From the NCBI GenBank assembly GCA_963727175.1, contig CAVSFD010000002.1, positions 4,403,071 to 4,467,070 of the forward strand: a stretch of 64,000 nt of DNA, written 5' to 3'. The position numbers and the translations under genes are program-made. The notes under the pieces were generated by a model that ran no database searches, was not told the DNA's origin, and worked only from the letters and a program-made list of their open reading frames with translations. Positions within the stretch are counted from its first letter, which is position 1; the number at the start of each line of letters is the position of its first letter. Shown piece by piece: positions 1 through 10,104 of the stretch. The DNA is from an uncultured Spirochaetota bacterium. GTDB lineage: Bacteria; Spirochaetota; UBA4802; UBA5550.

Positions 1-6
1 GCTGAT

Positions 7-906
7 ATGGAATTGTACAACAGCATGCTCATCAGCGAGACGCTTCCCCGCGGGGACGGAATCACTGTAACATGGCTGGGGACGGCCGGACTTTTTATAT
101 CGGACAGGAAAACGGGCATACTCATCGATCCCTACGTAAGCAGGTTCGGCATGATAAAAGTCCTGTTCCAGAGGCCCCTGGAGCCGGATAAAGAGCTTAT
201 CCGGCAATGGACAGAACAACTGGGGAAGAAGTGTATCCGGGCCGTAATCGTGAGCCACTCCCATTTTGACCATTCCGTTGACGCGCCCTTTTTCGCCAGG
301 GAAACCGGGGCACCGCTGGTTGGCACTGAAAGCACCCTCAACATCGGTCGCGGTGCCGGCCTCCGGGAAGACGAGCTGAAGCTTGTTAAACCGGGCCAGA
401 CGATATCAGTCGGCAAATTCACTGTTACGTTCTTAGAAAGCGCCCACGGGCCGGTATTCGGCAGCGTCCCCTATCCCGGTATCATAGAACATCCCCTGGT
501 CCCGCCGGCGAAGGCGAAAGACTACAGGCTGGGAGGCGTCTTCGGCATTCTGGTAAGTCACCCCGCAGGTTCGATACTGCACCACGGAAGCGCCGGCTTC
601 ATACCGGGCATGTATGACGGAATCAGGGCAGACATGGTGTTCCTTGGGATTGCCGGCAGGGGCGATACCGAAGAATATATCCGGGAAGTGCCCCTTCGTG
701 TCAGGGCCGGAACGCTGACACCGATACATTTTGACAATTTCTTCAAGCCCCTGGAGGCAGGCATGTCCCTCCTTCCAGCCTCCATAGGATTCAAAGAATT
801 CTGCAGAACCGCGGGAACCCACAAATCTTCTTTTACTCTCAGGACAGTCCCTCTGGGGAAGCCGGTGCGTATCCTGCCCCTCAACGGGCAGCAGCTTAAC
901 CGATGA
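7..906 (+). CDS. MBL-fold metallo-hydrolase (UlaG/beta-lactamase superfamily)
   Basis: TWLGTAG, ILIDPY, SHSHFDH (HxHxDH) and PIHFD motifs. Confidence 0.85.
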   Translation: MELYNSMLISETLPRGDGITVTWLGTAGLFISDRKTGILIDPYVSRFGMIKVLFQRPLEPDKELIRQWTEQLGKKCIRAVIVSHSHFDHSVDAPFFARETGAPLVGTESTLNIGRGAGLREDELKLVKPGQTISVGKFTVTFLESAHGPVFGSVPYPGIIEHPLVPPAKAKDYRLGGVFGILVSHPAGSILHHGSAGFIPGMYDGIRADMVFLGIAGRGDTEEYIREVPLRVRAGTLTPIHFDNFFKPLEAGMSLLPASIGFKEFCRTAGTHKSSFTLRTVPLGKPVRILPLNGQQLNR

Positions 907-907
907 A

Positions 908-1858
908 TTATTTTTTTTCCCCGGAACCGCCCGAGTGGGGATGATATTTCTCAAAGACCTTCCGGAGGCGCTCCTTAGTGGTATGGGTATACACCTGCGT
1001 GGTGGAGATGTTCTTGTGTCCAAGCATTTCCTGCACAGCGCGGATATCGGCGCCCCGATCCAGGAGTTCTGTCGCAAAGCTGTGGCGGAGGGTATGGGGC
1101 GACACCCGTTCGAGGAGTCCCGCAGCCCGGGCCCTTTTCACCACGATATCATAGACTCCGCGGACGGTTATCCTGCCACCGCGGCTGTTGATGAAGAGAG
1201 GATCACCCAGCTCCCCGAATTTCCGCTGCCGTTCTGAAAGGTACCGCCGCAGCAGGGCGGCAGTGCCGTCAGTGATGAATACGATTCGTTCCTCCGCGCC
1301 CTTGCCGGTGACCCTGAGCCGCCCGGATTCGAAATCAAGGTCGGGAACATCGGCTGAGCAGAGCTCTGCAACACGCGCCCCGGTGGAATAAAAGGATTCC
1401 AGTATGGCACGGTCCCGGATATCCAGGAACGTAGTGAGCTCAAAATCGAGCAGCTCTTCTATCTGGTTGAGGTGAAGAAATTTAGGAAGGCGCGATTCCT
1501 TTTTCGGATAGCCGATTTTAACAGCCGGATTTTTTTCTAAATAACCCTTGTTGTAGAGAAAGGAAAAAAACGACCGTATCGTCGCAATCCTGCGCTCGAT
1601 GCTTGAGCGCTTCAGGCCGCGGTCATAGGAATATTCTATGAAGGCCGTTATATCATCGCCGACGATCGACGCTATGGGGATATCATCATCAATGACCGGC
1701 GCTTTCACCTCATACCGGTCGCGGACATCATCGCCGGGATCGCCGCACAGGAACCGGTAGAATTGCTGCAGGTCCCTGTTGTACGCTTCAAGCGTCTTCC
1801 CGGAGGAGTTCTTCTCGCTGCCGAGATAACTCATGAATTGTTCGATTTCGGCTGTCAT
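908..1858 (-). CDS. xerC: XerC/XerD-type tyrosine recombinase
   Basis: TGARVAE, GKG, HTLRHSFAT, LGH, TQVY catalytic residues; overlaps topA stop in dprA-topA-xerC synteny. Confidence 0.88.
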   Translation of the reverse strand: MTAEIEQFMSYLGSEKNSSGKTLEAYNRDLQQFYRFLCGDPGDDVRDRYEVKAPVIDDDIPIASIVGDDITAFIEYSYDRGLKRSSIERRIATIRSFFSFLYNKGYLEKNPAVKIGYPKKESRLPKFLHLNQIEELLDFELTTFLDIRDRAILESFYSTGARVAELCSADVPDLDFESGRLRVTGKGAEERIVFITDGTAALLRRYLSERQRKFGELGDPLFINSRGGRITVRGVYDIVVKRARAAGLLERVSPHTLRHSFATELLDRGADIRAVQEMLGHKNISTTQVYTHTTKERLRKVFEKYHPHSGGSGEKK

Positions 1859-4020
1859 GCCTCCTGCTGCTCTGTACCGTTAGTGTTCAGCCCATTGCCG
1901 TTGCCGCCGCCATTTGACGGCTGGGATTCATCCAGAAGTTCGACCTGATAGTTGCATGATTCGTTCAGGCAGAGAAGCTTTTCACCCTTGTGCTTTATTA
2001 TTTTTTTGAACAGGAGCTTGCCGCATCGCGGGCAGGCCTTCTCAGCCGGGTTGTCGCGGGTGAAAAATTCGCAGGTCGGGTAGTTTGTGCAGGCGTAAAA
2101 CGTGCCGCCCCTGCCCTTCTTGGACGAACGCTTGACAACATCGCCGTTTTCGCACCGCGGGCATTTCCCCAGGGGAAGGGGCTTGGAATTCCTGCACTCC
2201 GGGAACCCGGGGCACGCCAGGAAAAATCCGAACTTGCCCAGCTTCTTCACCATCTTGCGGCCGCACTGCTCGCAGACGATATCGGTCTCCACGTCAAGAA
2301 TGCCCTTCATCTCCTCGATGTTAATCTCCGCCTGGTCAAGGGTATCCTTGAAGGGACCGTAGAACTCTTGCAGCATTTTTTTCCAGTCCGTTTTCGCATC
2401 CTCGATATGGTCGAGGCGGTCTTCCATGTTGGCGGTAAAATCGATCGACACCAGGGAAGCAAAATGCTTGGCCATGATGTCATTTACCAGCTTTCCCAGT
2501 ATGGTCGGAACAAGCTGCTTACCCGACCTGGTCACATAATAGCGCTTTACCAGTGTATTTATCGTCGGCGCATACGTGGAGGGACGGCCGATGCCGGACT
2601 CCTCGAGGAACTTCACCAGGGAGGCATCATTGTACCGCGGCGGCGGCGTGGTGAAATGCTGCTCGGGAAAGAATTCATTTATCTGCACAATGTCCCCTGC
2701 GGCAAGGTGCGGCAGCGAGGAGCGCTCCGATTTGTCGCTCTTGTCCACGGCGGTGAATCCCTTGAAGAGCACCCTGCTGCCGTTCGCCCTGAAGAGATAG
2801 TCCCCCGCTTCAAGGTTGACGGTGGTGACCTCCGAAACCTCAGGGGTCATCTGCGAGGACACGAACCGCTTCCAGATGAGATCGTAGATCTTATACTGGT
2901 CCCGGGTCAGGTCCCCTTTCAGCGATTCCGGCGTCCGCAACACGTCAGTCGGCCGAATCGCCTCGTGCGCGTCCTGGGCGCCCTTCTTATTGGTGTAAAA
3001 ATTAGTGCTATCCGGCAGGTATTCTTTATCGAAGGTATCGAGGATATATTTCCTCACGGCCTGGAGGGCCGAATCAGCGACCCGGGTGGAATCCGTTCTC
3101 ATGTAGGTAATGAGTCCTGTCGGTCCTTCACCGGTGATGTCAATTCCCTCATACAGCTGCTGGGCGATGATCATGGTCTTCTGCGAGGTAAATCCGAGCC
3201 TGTTGGCGGCATCTTGCTGGAGCTTGCTGGTTATAAATGGCGCGACGGGCTTTCGCTTCCGCTCCTGGACCTTCACGTCCCGCACCGTCATTGTCTTGCC
3301 TTTCAGGTTTTCCAGCACTGCATCAACTTCGCTCTTTGACCGTATTTTTATCTTTTCGTTACGGAACGCCGCCAGCTGCGACCTGAATGTTTTCGCTTTA
3401 TGAGTGAGCTCCGCGTCGAGTGACCAGTATTCCTCGGGTATGAAATTGTCGATCTCCCGCTCACGGTCGCATATGACTTTGAGCGCGACAGACTGCACCC
3501 TGCCGGCCGACAGACCCTTCTTCACCTTCTTCCATAGTATGGGGCTTATATTGTAGCCGACGATGCGGTCAAGGACCCGCCGTGCCTGCTGCGCGTTCAC
3601 CAGGTCCATATTGATGTCCCGCGGATGGGACACGGCTTCCTTCACCGCGTGTTCGGTGATCTCGTTGAATTCGATCCGCTTGATGTCGCTATTTTTATCG
3701 GCAAGAGCATTGGAGAGGTGCCAGGATATGGCCTCTCCCTCACGGTCAGGGTCAGTCGCCAGAAGGACGCGCGTAACGGCAGCGGCCTGTTTCTTCAGCT
3801 CGTTGAGGATCTTTGCCTTGCCGCGTATCGTTATGTATTCCGGTTTGAAATTATTTTCTATGTCGATGGCGAGCCTTGACTTGGGCAGGTCAATGATGTG
3901 ACCGACCGAGGATGATATGATGTAATCATCACCCAGATATTTATGAATGGTTTTCGCCTTGGAGGGTGACTCGACGATAACCAGCGTACCCGCCTTGGTG
4001 CTGCTGTTGCGTTTGTTCAT
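1855..4020 (-). CDS. topA: DNA topoisomerase I
   Basis: LVIVESPSKAKTI, ATDPDREGE, SAGRVQS, ITYMRTDS, GIGRPSTY, C-terminal Cys4 zinc ribbons. Confidence 0.97.
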   Translation of the reverse strand: MNKRNSSTKAGTLVIVESPSKAKTIHKYLGDDYIISSSVGHIIDLPKSRLAIDIENNFKPEYITIRGKAKILNELKKQAAAVTRVLLATDPDREGEAISWHLSNALADKNSDIKRIEFNEITEHAVKEAVSHPRDINMDLVNAQQARRVLDRIVGYNISPILWKKVKKGLSAGRVQSVALKVICDREREIDNFIPEEYWSLDAELTHKAKTFRSQLAAFRNEKIKIRSKSEVDAVLENLKGKTMTVRDVKVQERKRKPVAPFITSKLQQDAANRLGFTSQKTMIIAQQLYEGIDITGEGPTGLITYMRTDSTRVADSALQAVRKYILDTFDKEYLPDSTNFYTNKKGAQDAHEAIRPTDVLRTPESLKGDLTRDQYKIYDLIWKRFVSSQMTPEVSEVTTVNLEAGDYLFRANGSRVLFKGFTAVDKSDKSERSSLPHLAAGDIVQINEFFPEQHFTTPPPRYNDASLVKFLEESGIGRPSTYAPTINTLVKRYYVTRSGKQLVPTILGKLVNDIMAKHFASLVSIDFTANMEDRLDHIEDAKTDWKKMLQEFYGPFKDTLDQAEINIEEMKGILDVETDIVCEQCGRKMVKKLGKFGFFLACPGFPECRNSKPLPLGKCPRCENGDVVKRSSKKGRGGTFYACTNYPTCEFFTRDNPAEKACPRCGKLLFKKIIKHKGEKLLCLNESCNYQVELLDESQPSNGGGNGNGLNTNGTEQQEA

Positions 4021-4093
4021 TATCCATCCCCGTACATCATTCGGTCTTCACGTCACGTACCCGCGACTTTATAACAACTGGAAATATATGGTC

Positions 4094-4705
4094 TTATTTG
4101 TCAAATAATTCTTTAATATTCTTACCCGGGTCCCATCTCACCACGGCAAACAGGAGAACGCCGAGTATGATGGTCACCAGCAGGAATATGATGATCCGTT
4201 CAGACGAATAATACACGGTCGCATCGTAGGACCTCTCGAAGCTGAGGGCGCCGATCACTTCGCGCCTGTTCCAGCGGGTGTGGCAGAATTTGCACTCGTC
4301 CCGGGCCTTCATCGGCATGATCGAAAAATATCTGCCGCCGCGAATCTCCGTATACGCTGAGGGCTTCATCTGGTTTATCACTTCGTATACTTTCCTGTCC
4401 TGCCCGGGGTCCTTCTCGCCCGGAGCCGGCACCGGGTAACCACGGTAATCATACACCCTGATGTTCATGTCATGTGCCGCAGCGATATCGTTCAGAAAAA
4501 TCCACGCGAATTCAGGCTTTGTCATCGACTTGATCCCGACAAAGGAATCGGCAATGACGCCGAAGCCCCGGTCAAGCTCTTTGAAATAGCCGGACTTATA
4601 CACCGGGAACACGTCGCCGGCGTAGGGAGGGATCGAGAACATCTGCGAGATAGATACCACCATGAGGAGCGATATCAGTATGGAAAAAATGAGTTTAACT
4701 TTCAT
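4094..4705 (-). CDS. Two-TM membrane protein with extracytoplasmic CxxCH (c-type haem) sensor-like domain
   Basis: N- and C-terminal hydrophobic helices flanking ECKFCH; start taken at ATG 4705 (ORF open to 4744). Confidence 0.6.
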   Translation of the reverse strand: MKVKLIFSILISLLMVVSISQMFSIPPYAGDVFPVYKSGYFKELDRGFGVIADSFVGIKSMTKPEFAWIFLNDIAAAHDMNIRVYDYRGYPVPAPGEKDPGQDRKVYEVINQMKPSAYTEIRGGRYFSIMPMKARDECKFCHTRWNRREVIGALSFERSYDATVYYSSERIIIFLLVTIILGVLLFAVVRWDPGKNIKELFDK

Positions 4706-4773
4706 TTTCAAATCCTGAGCATTAGTAATGCGCGACCGATCCACTGCGGCGCAGTCGCGTCAATGGCTTTCCC

Positions 4774-5952
4774 TCACACCCGTGATATGGCATTGCCGTT
4801 CCTGATGACCCTGCCGTCCAGTTCCAGTGTCACTACGGCCTCGTTGATTTCTCCGGCGCCAGCGCCCAGCTCCCGGACGATTGAATCGATGTCGCGCTCC
4901 CCCGACAGAAGAAGCCGGAGTATTGAACCTGCCGTTGAATCGGGGAAGGGTTCTGCGGCATCGCCTACCCTGCCTGTTACGCCGGATGGAACGCCGGCAT
5001 CGGCTGCGGGCCGGGATGCTTCCTCCGCGGGCGCGGGGATCTGCGACAGCTCCTCGAAAATATCTTCGGTGCGGGAGACCAGCACCGCGCCCTCCCTGAC
5101 AAGGCGATGGCAGCCGGCGTACTCCTCGTCGAAGGAACTGCCTGCGCAGGCGAAGACCTCGCGGTTCTGTTCTACGGCGTGGCGCGCTGTTATAAGGGCG
5201 CCGCTCCGCTCCCCCGCCTTGACCACCACGGTGCCGGCGCAGAGGCCGCTGATGATCCGGTTCCTCCTGACGAAGGTCCATCGCCCGGCGAATATGCCGG
5301 GCGGGTATTCGGAAACCAGGGCCGACCCCTCCGATCCTTCGATGAGCCGGTACAGATCCCTGTTGGGCCACGGATAGATGATGTCGATTCCGTTCGCGAG
5401 GACTCCGACGGTTTTACCGCCGCCTTCAAGGGCCCCGAGATGTGCTTCCCGGTCGATGCCGACCGCCATGCCGCTTACCACCGTGCATCCCCTTGCCGAC
5501 AGCTCCCGGGAGAGGCGCCGCGCCACCGACGATGACCGGATGTCAGACTTCCTCGTCCCGACAACAGCCACGGCCGCCGCCGCTGGAAGAGTCCCCTTGA
5601 GGTAGAGCACCAGGGGCGGACACTGGATCTCCCGCAGCAGGGCGGGATAATCCCGGTCCCAGTAGGTGAGTATCCTGATTGATTTTTGTTCCGAACTCCT
5701 GATGATGATCTCCGCCGCATCGAGGGGATTATCCGGATACGATTCGGTGAAAAAACTCCGGGTGGAAGGCGCGCAACTGCTGCTGACCATCCGGTATATT
5801 TCTCCCGGCCCATGGGTCGCTAACATCGACCATATCCTGTGCGCCCCGGGAGACGAATGTATCGAAAGGGCAACGGCATGCATCCTCTCATCTTCGCTCA
5901 GGGTCCCCCGGCAGGAATGCGGATCTTCCGGCACAAATAATGTTCCCTGCAT
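4774..5952 (-). CDS. dprA: DNA-processing protein DprA
   Basis: YPALLREI..PPLVLY.KG, VAVVGTR, VSGMAVGID, RRNRIISG, SGALITA, C-terminal winged helix; start uncertain (ORF open to 6051). Confidence 0.92.
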   Translation of the reverse strand: MQGTLFVPEDPHSCRGTLSEDERMHAVALSIHSSPGAHRIWSMLATHGPGEIYRMVSSSCAPSTRSFFTESYPDNPLDAAEIIIRSSEQKSIRILTYWDRDYPALLREIQCPPLVLYLKGTLPAAAAVAVVGTRKSDIRSSSVARRLSRELSARGCTVVSGMAVGIDREAHLGALEGGGKTVGVLANGIDIIYPWPNRDLYRLIEGSEGSALVSEYPPGIFAGRWTFVRRNRIISGLCAGTVVVKAGERSGALITARHAVEQNREVFACAGSSFDEEYAGCHRLVREGAVLVSRTEDIFEELSQIPAPAEEASRPAADAGVPSGVTGRVGDAAEPFPDSTAGSILRLLLSGERDIDSIVRELGAGAGEINEAVVTLELDGRVIRNGNAISRV

Positions 5953-6225
5953 GGTGATCGGCTTTCTCCTGTTCAGTGTCTTATCATGAATGGTTACGAA
6001 CAGGCGGCGATGTGTATGAAAAGATTTTTTCATATCTGGATAATTATGCATATTAATTCTAATGTGACATAATTATGTACAGTGTCTAAAATTTATCAAT
6101 ATAAATTTTATTTTTTTTGCTATTTGCTATTAATAAAGAGAACAATTTTATCACTCACCCCAGTCCCGAGCGCATTTTCCTATAATATCATACAATCCTC
6201 AGTCCCCCGACAATACGAAATATAA

Positions 6226-6373
6226 AAATTTCTCTCGCAGAGGCGCTGAGTCGCGGAGTTTTTAATAATATTCTTATGATATTCCATGACTGACAATATT
6301 AAAAATTTTATTTTCAACGTGCCTTGAATCTCTTTTTTTCTCTGCGCCTCTGCGTCTCCGCGAGAAACATTTT
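6226..6373. mobile_element. MITE-like element, copy 1 (terminal inverted repeats built from CTCTGCGN units)
   Basis: TCTCGCAGAGGCGCTGAGTCGCGGAG ... CTCTGCGCCTCTGCGTCTCCGCGAGA; homologous to 30831-30963 and 38671-38814. Confidence 0.65.
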
Positions 6374-6406
6374 ACGAGGAATAATCAACGGAACATTAAC
6401 CCCAAA

Positions 6407-6437
6407 AAAAAGGCCGCCCATGATGGGCGGCCTTTTT
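6407..6437. terminator. Intrinsic (bidirectional) terminator
   Basis: AAAAAGGCCGCCCA-TGA-TGGGCGGCCTTTTT about 20 nt past the acyl-CoA dehydrogenase stop. Confidence 0.85.
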
Positions 6438-6456
6438 GATATTCGTGTAATCAGTG

Positions 6457-8336
6457 TTACTGCTCGAGAGCCCCGGTGAAAATCGGGTCCGACGCCTTGA
6501 TGACGGCTGCTTCGCCGAACAGCAGGGCCTCGATCTTGCCGAAGTATTTGGGGAATTCGGCGCCGAGATAGAACTGGACTGAAAGGACCTTGCCGGTGTA
6601 GTAGGCGGCTTCGGCGTTGTCCTTCAGGAGCTTCTCGCGGTCCGCGCCTTTCTTGTCGCCCACGAGCTCTTTCATCTTGGGCTGGGTGAGCGTGAGGATC
6701 GAGAGGTGCGCCCACGCCATGCAGAGCATGAACATCGCCTGCTGCAGCGGCGTCGCGTTCATGAACAGGTGCAGGAACTTGCCCTTCGCCATCTGGTCCT
6801 TCATCATCTCGATGACTTCGTCGAGCTTCTGGCATGCCGCGCTCAACCAGGGCGACGTACTTGTCGTCCACGATGCCCTTGGCCTTGTTGACGGCTTCTG
6901 CGATCCGTTTCTTCAGGATCTGTGTAGTTGTACTGCTCGGGGTTCATGAGGATCTTCCGCATGGTGAGGTCCATCGACTGGATGCCGTTGGTGCCTTCAT
7001 AAATCGCGGTGATCTTGGCGTCCCTCATCATCTGCTCAACCGGATAGTCTGCGCAGAATCCGTATCCGCCGTATACCTGCATCGCCTCGGAGGCGACCTC
7101 AACGCTCTTGTCGGTGTTGCCGGCCTTGCAGATCGGGATCAGGATCTCGGCAATGCGCCATGGCTTCTTTGGCCTCTTCGCCTTCGGCCACATGCTCGAT
7201 GTTCAGAGCTGTGGGTCAGGTAATAGGTGATGAACCGCATCCCCTCGACATGGGACTTCATCCAGAGGAGCATCCGCTTCACGTCGGGGTGCTGGATGAT
7301 GGTGACGCTCTTCGCTTCGGGATTCAGCATCTGGGTCACGTGCGCGCCCTGGATCCTGTTCTTCGCGTAGGTGACCGCGTGCATGTACGCGGCGCTGGCA
7401 AGCGCAAGGCCCTGCATACCGACGCCCAGGCGGGCTTCGTTCATCATCTGGAACATGATCTTCATGCCCTTGCGCTCTTCGCCGAGGAGGTAGCCGATGC
7501 AGTTGCCGTTGTCGCCGAAGCTCAGCGTACAGGTCGCTGAGCCCTTGATGCCCATCTTGTGCTCGATGCCGGCGCAGTTCACGTCGTTGTGAGTCGCCCA
7601 GGGATCCGTCTGGGTTACCAGGAACTTGGGAACGATGAAAATCGAGATGCCCTTGGTGCCCGCCGGGTCGCCTTCGATCCGGGCGAGAACAGGGTGGATC
7701 ATGTTCTTGTAATAGTCGTTGTCGCCGGAGGAGATGAATATCTTCTGGCCGGTGATCTTGTAGGTGCCGTCGGCCTGCTTGACGGCCTTGGTCTTCAGGG
7801 CGCCGACGTCGGAACCGGCATCGGGCTCGGTGAGGCACATGGTGCCGCCCCACTCGCCGGACATCATCTTGGGGATATACGTTTCCTTCTGCTCTTCGGT
7901 GCCGAAGGTATGGATCATGCCCATCGCGCCGTGGGAAAGGCCGGGATACATCATGATGTTATAGTTTGCGGCGCAGAGATATTCGTTGACGGACATGTAC
8001 ATGACGGCGGGCATTCCCATGCCGCCGATTTCGGGGTCTTCCATGGTGCCGATGAAACCGGTTTCATAATAGGCATCCAGGGCCGGTTTGTAGCATTTCG
8101 GTATTTTAACTGCTTTTTTATCAGGAACGAAGGTACATCCTTCCCTGTCGCCGTCTTTGTAAGTAGGATACATTTTCTCAACAGCCAGTTTCTCAGCGAG
8201 ATCGAGAGTGCTTTCCAGCGTATCCTTGTCAAAATCAGCGTACCGGGGATACTTGGTGCAGAATTTATCAAGTTCCAGCTGTTCGAAGAGAATGAAACGG
8301 ACGTCTCTGGAATCGATTATAGTTATTTAATGCCAT
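6457..8336 (-). pseudogene. Acyl-CoA dehydrogenase (~600 aa type), split by several frameshifts (probably consensus errors)
   Basis: RBS GAGGAGG + ATG 8336; MCLTEPDAGSD, KITGQKIFIS, EHKMGIKGS, QVYGGYG, IYEGTNGIQ spread over ORFs 7139-8173, 6843-7193, 6457-6846. Confidence 0.88.
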
Positions 8337-8596
8337 TAGGAACCTCCTCGTATTTTTGTGTTTTTATTAATTTACTGCCCGAAAAGATAGAATCAATCTG
8401 GTTGATCAGGTTCCAGCGGCCGATTTCGCTTCCACCGCCGGAACTGATTGCTAACCTGATCTAAAAATCTCTCTGCCATCTACCAGGTCAAGCCTTAAAT
8501 TGTATTTATATGCAAATTTTACTCTCGTTTTTAAAATAAAATCTGGGGCTTATCTGTCAACGGAATTAATTGATTTTTAACCAAAATTTGGCGTGA

Positions 8597-8953
8597 TTAT
8601 TGAAGATTATCGAGATATTCGAAGGCTTGCTCCCTGGTCTCCAAAACCCGGATTATCTGAGGCACCTTCAGCATGGCCATTACATGAAGCACCTTCGGAT
8701 CGTTGCACACGATGGCAATCCCGCGGCCGTTCTTCTTGACCGAATTCTGCACTTCCAGGAGAAATCCGAAGACACTGGAATCGATGAGACTGACCCTGTT
8801 GAAATCAAAGATAATCGACGGATAATGACGTTCTTCCAGCAGGTCCCGCAATTGAGCGGAATTATCCGAAACCATGAAAAAATCAAATTTTTCCACCATC
8901 ACTTCTATGACAAGCAGGCCCCGGTAGTCAATTATGTGTAAATCGCCATCCAT
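8597..8953 (-). CDS. STAS-domain anti-sigma-factor antagonist
   Basis: IIFDFNRVSLIDSSVFG STAS motif; start taken at ATG 8953. Confidence 0.8.
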   Translation of the reverse strand: MDGDLHIIDYRGLLVIEVMVEKFDFFMVSDNSAQLRDLLEERHYPSIIFDFNRVSLIDSSVFGFLLEVQNSVKKNGRGIAIVCNDPKVLHVMAMLKVPQIIRVLETREQAFEYLDNLQ

Positions 8954-9163
8954 AAAGTCGATTATAAGACATACATTTCTTTTTACAAGGACTTTTGGGA
9001 ATGAACATTCATCTGAAAAACTCATTCACTATATCATGCCCCAGGGGGTTAAGGGGTCTATGCTTAGAGCTTTTAATTGACTTTTTATGGATATTCCTGT
9101 TATTGTCTCATACCAAACCATGCCGGAGGATGTATATTTTGCTTCCGGAACAAAGAAAAGAAA

Positions 9164-10087
9164 ATGAACAGCACAAAGTACTGGATAGCCCTTGAGCAGA
9201 CACATGGCATCGGACCGGCACACCTGATGGAGATACATGATGCGTTGAAAAAACAGAGCCTTTCCGTGGAAGACCTGTGCGACCTTTCGAGCGATGACAT
9301 CAGGAAGGAATTCAGTTTCCCCGAAAAAATCGCCGAAGCCATTGCCGGTATCCAATCCATCCTGCCGAAGATCGAGGAAGACTACTTCAAACTGCTTGAA
9401 TCGGGCATAGATGCGATCACGTTTTTCTCGGACCTTTACCCCATACGCCTGCGCGAGGTCCTGGGAAACGCGATACCCCCCATACTGTACGTCTATGGAA
9501 ACAGCCGTCTTTTGAAGCAGAAGGGAGTTGCCATCCTCGGGGACAAGGACGTCAGCGACAAGGGGGAGATGATCACATTCGAAGCGTCGCGGCAGCTTGC
9601 AAATCACCGGATCCCGGTCGTCAGCGGGTACGCCCGCGGCGCTGACCTGATCGCGCACCGCTCCGCCCTGGTGAGCGGCGGCACCACCATCGCCCTGGTG
9701 CCCTACGGCATATTCCATCTCTCGGTCCCGGAGATTCTCCGGGACGTCATGAACCCGGATACCATGGCGGTGGTCTCCACATTTTATCCGACCCGGGAAC
9801 CGAACAAGTTCAACGCCTTCATCAGGAACAAGCTAATATGCGCCATATCCTGCGCTGTATATATCGTGGAAGCGCCGGCGGAGGGAGGCATCTTCGAGGC
9901 GGCCAAGTCCGCCAATAATCTGAAAGTACCCCTCTTTACCACTGAATACGGCGAGTATCCTAAAAACGCCGGCGGCAACAGGAAAATTATCGACGAACTG
10001 GGCGGGATACCGGTACTCGGGAAGATGGACAAGAACATGCTGGTTCCCAATATGGACAGGATCATAGGACTGGCTAAGTTCGGATAG
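9164..10087 (+). CDS. Second, divergent DprA/Smf-family protein
   Basis: GIGP HhH, YPIRLRE..PPILYVYGN, VSGYARGAD, RNKLI; no C-terminal winged helix. Confidence 0.8.
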   Translation: MNSTKYWIALEQTHGIGPAHLMEIHDALKKQSLSVEDLCDLSSDDIRKEFSFPEKIAEAIAGIQSILPKIEEDYFKLLESGIDAITFFSDLYPIRLREVLGNAIPPILYVYGNSRLLKQKGVAILGDKDVSDKGEMITFEASRQLANHRIPVVSGYARGADLIAHRSALVSGGTTIALVPYGIFHLSVPEILRDVMNPDTMAVVSTFYPTREPNKFNAFIRNKLICAISCAVYIVEAPAEGGIFEAAKSANNLKVPLFTTEYGEYPKNAGGNRKIIDELGGIPVLGKMDKNMLVPNMDRIIGLAKFG

Positions 10088-10104
10088 GATTATCGGAGAC
10101 GATT

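Noticed and set aside
908-1858. Tyrosine recombinase as a prophage or island integrase
   Set aside because: Overlaps topA in the housekeeping dprA-topA-xerC order; no phage genes or att repeats seen.
1990-3339. 449-aa plus-strand ORF, and similar long ORFs at 7559-8464, 26742-27842 and 34884-36014
   Set aside because: Antisense shadows of well-supported genes, with no motifs.
6040-6200. dif site near xerC (ACATAATTATGT, TTCCTATAATAT)
   Set aside because: No XerD arm (TTATGTTAAA-like) at the required spacing; the region is simply AT-rich.
6314-6871. 185-aa ORF ending MFLAETQRRREKK
   Set aside because: Off-frame read of the acyl-CoA dehydrogenase running through the terminator and the MITE.
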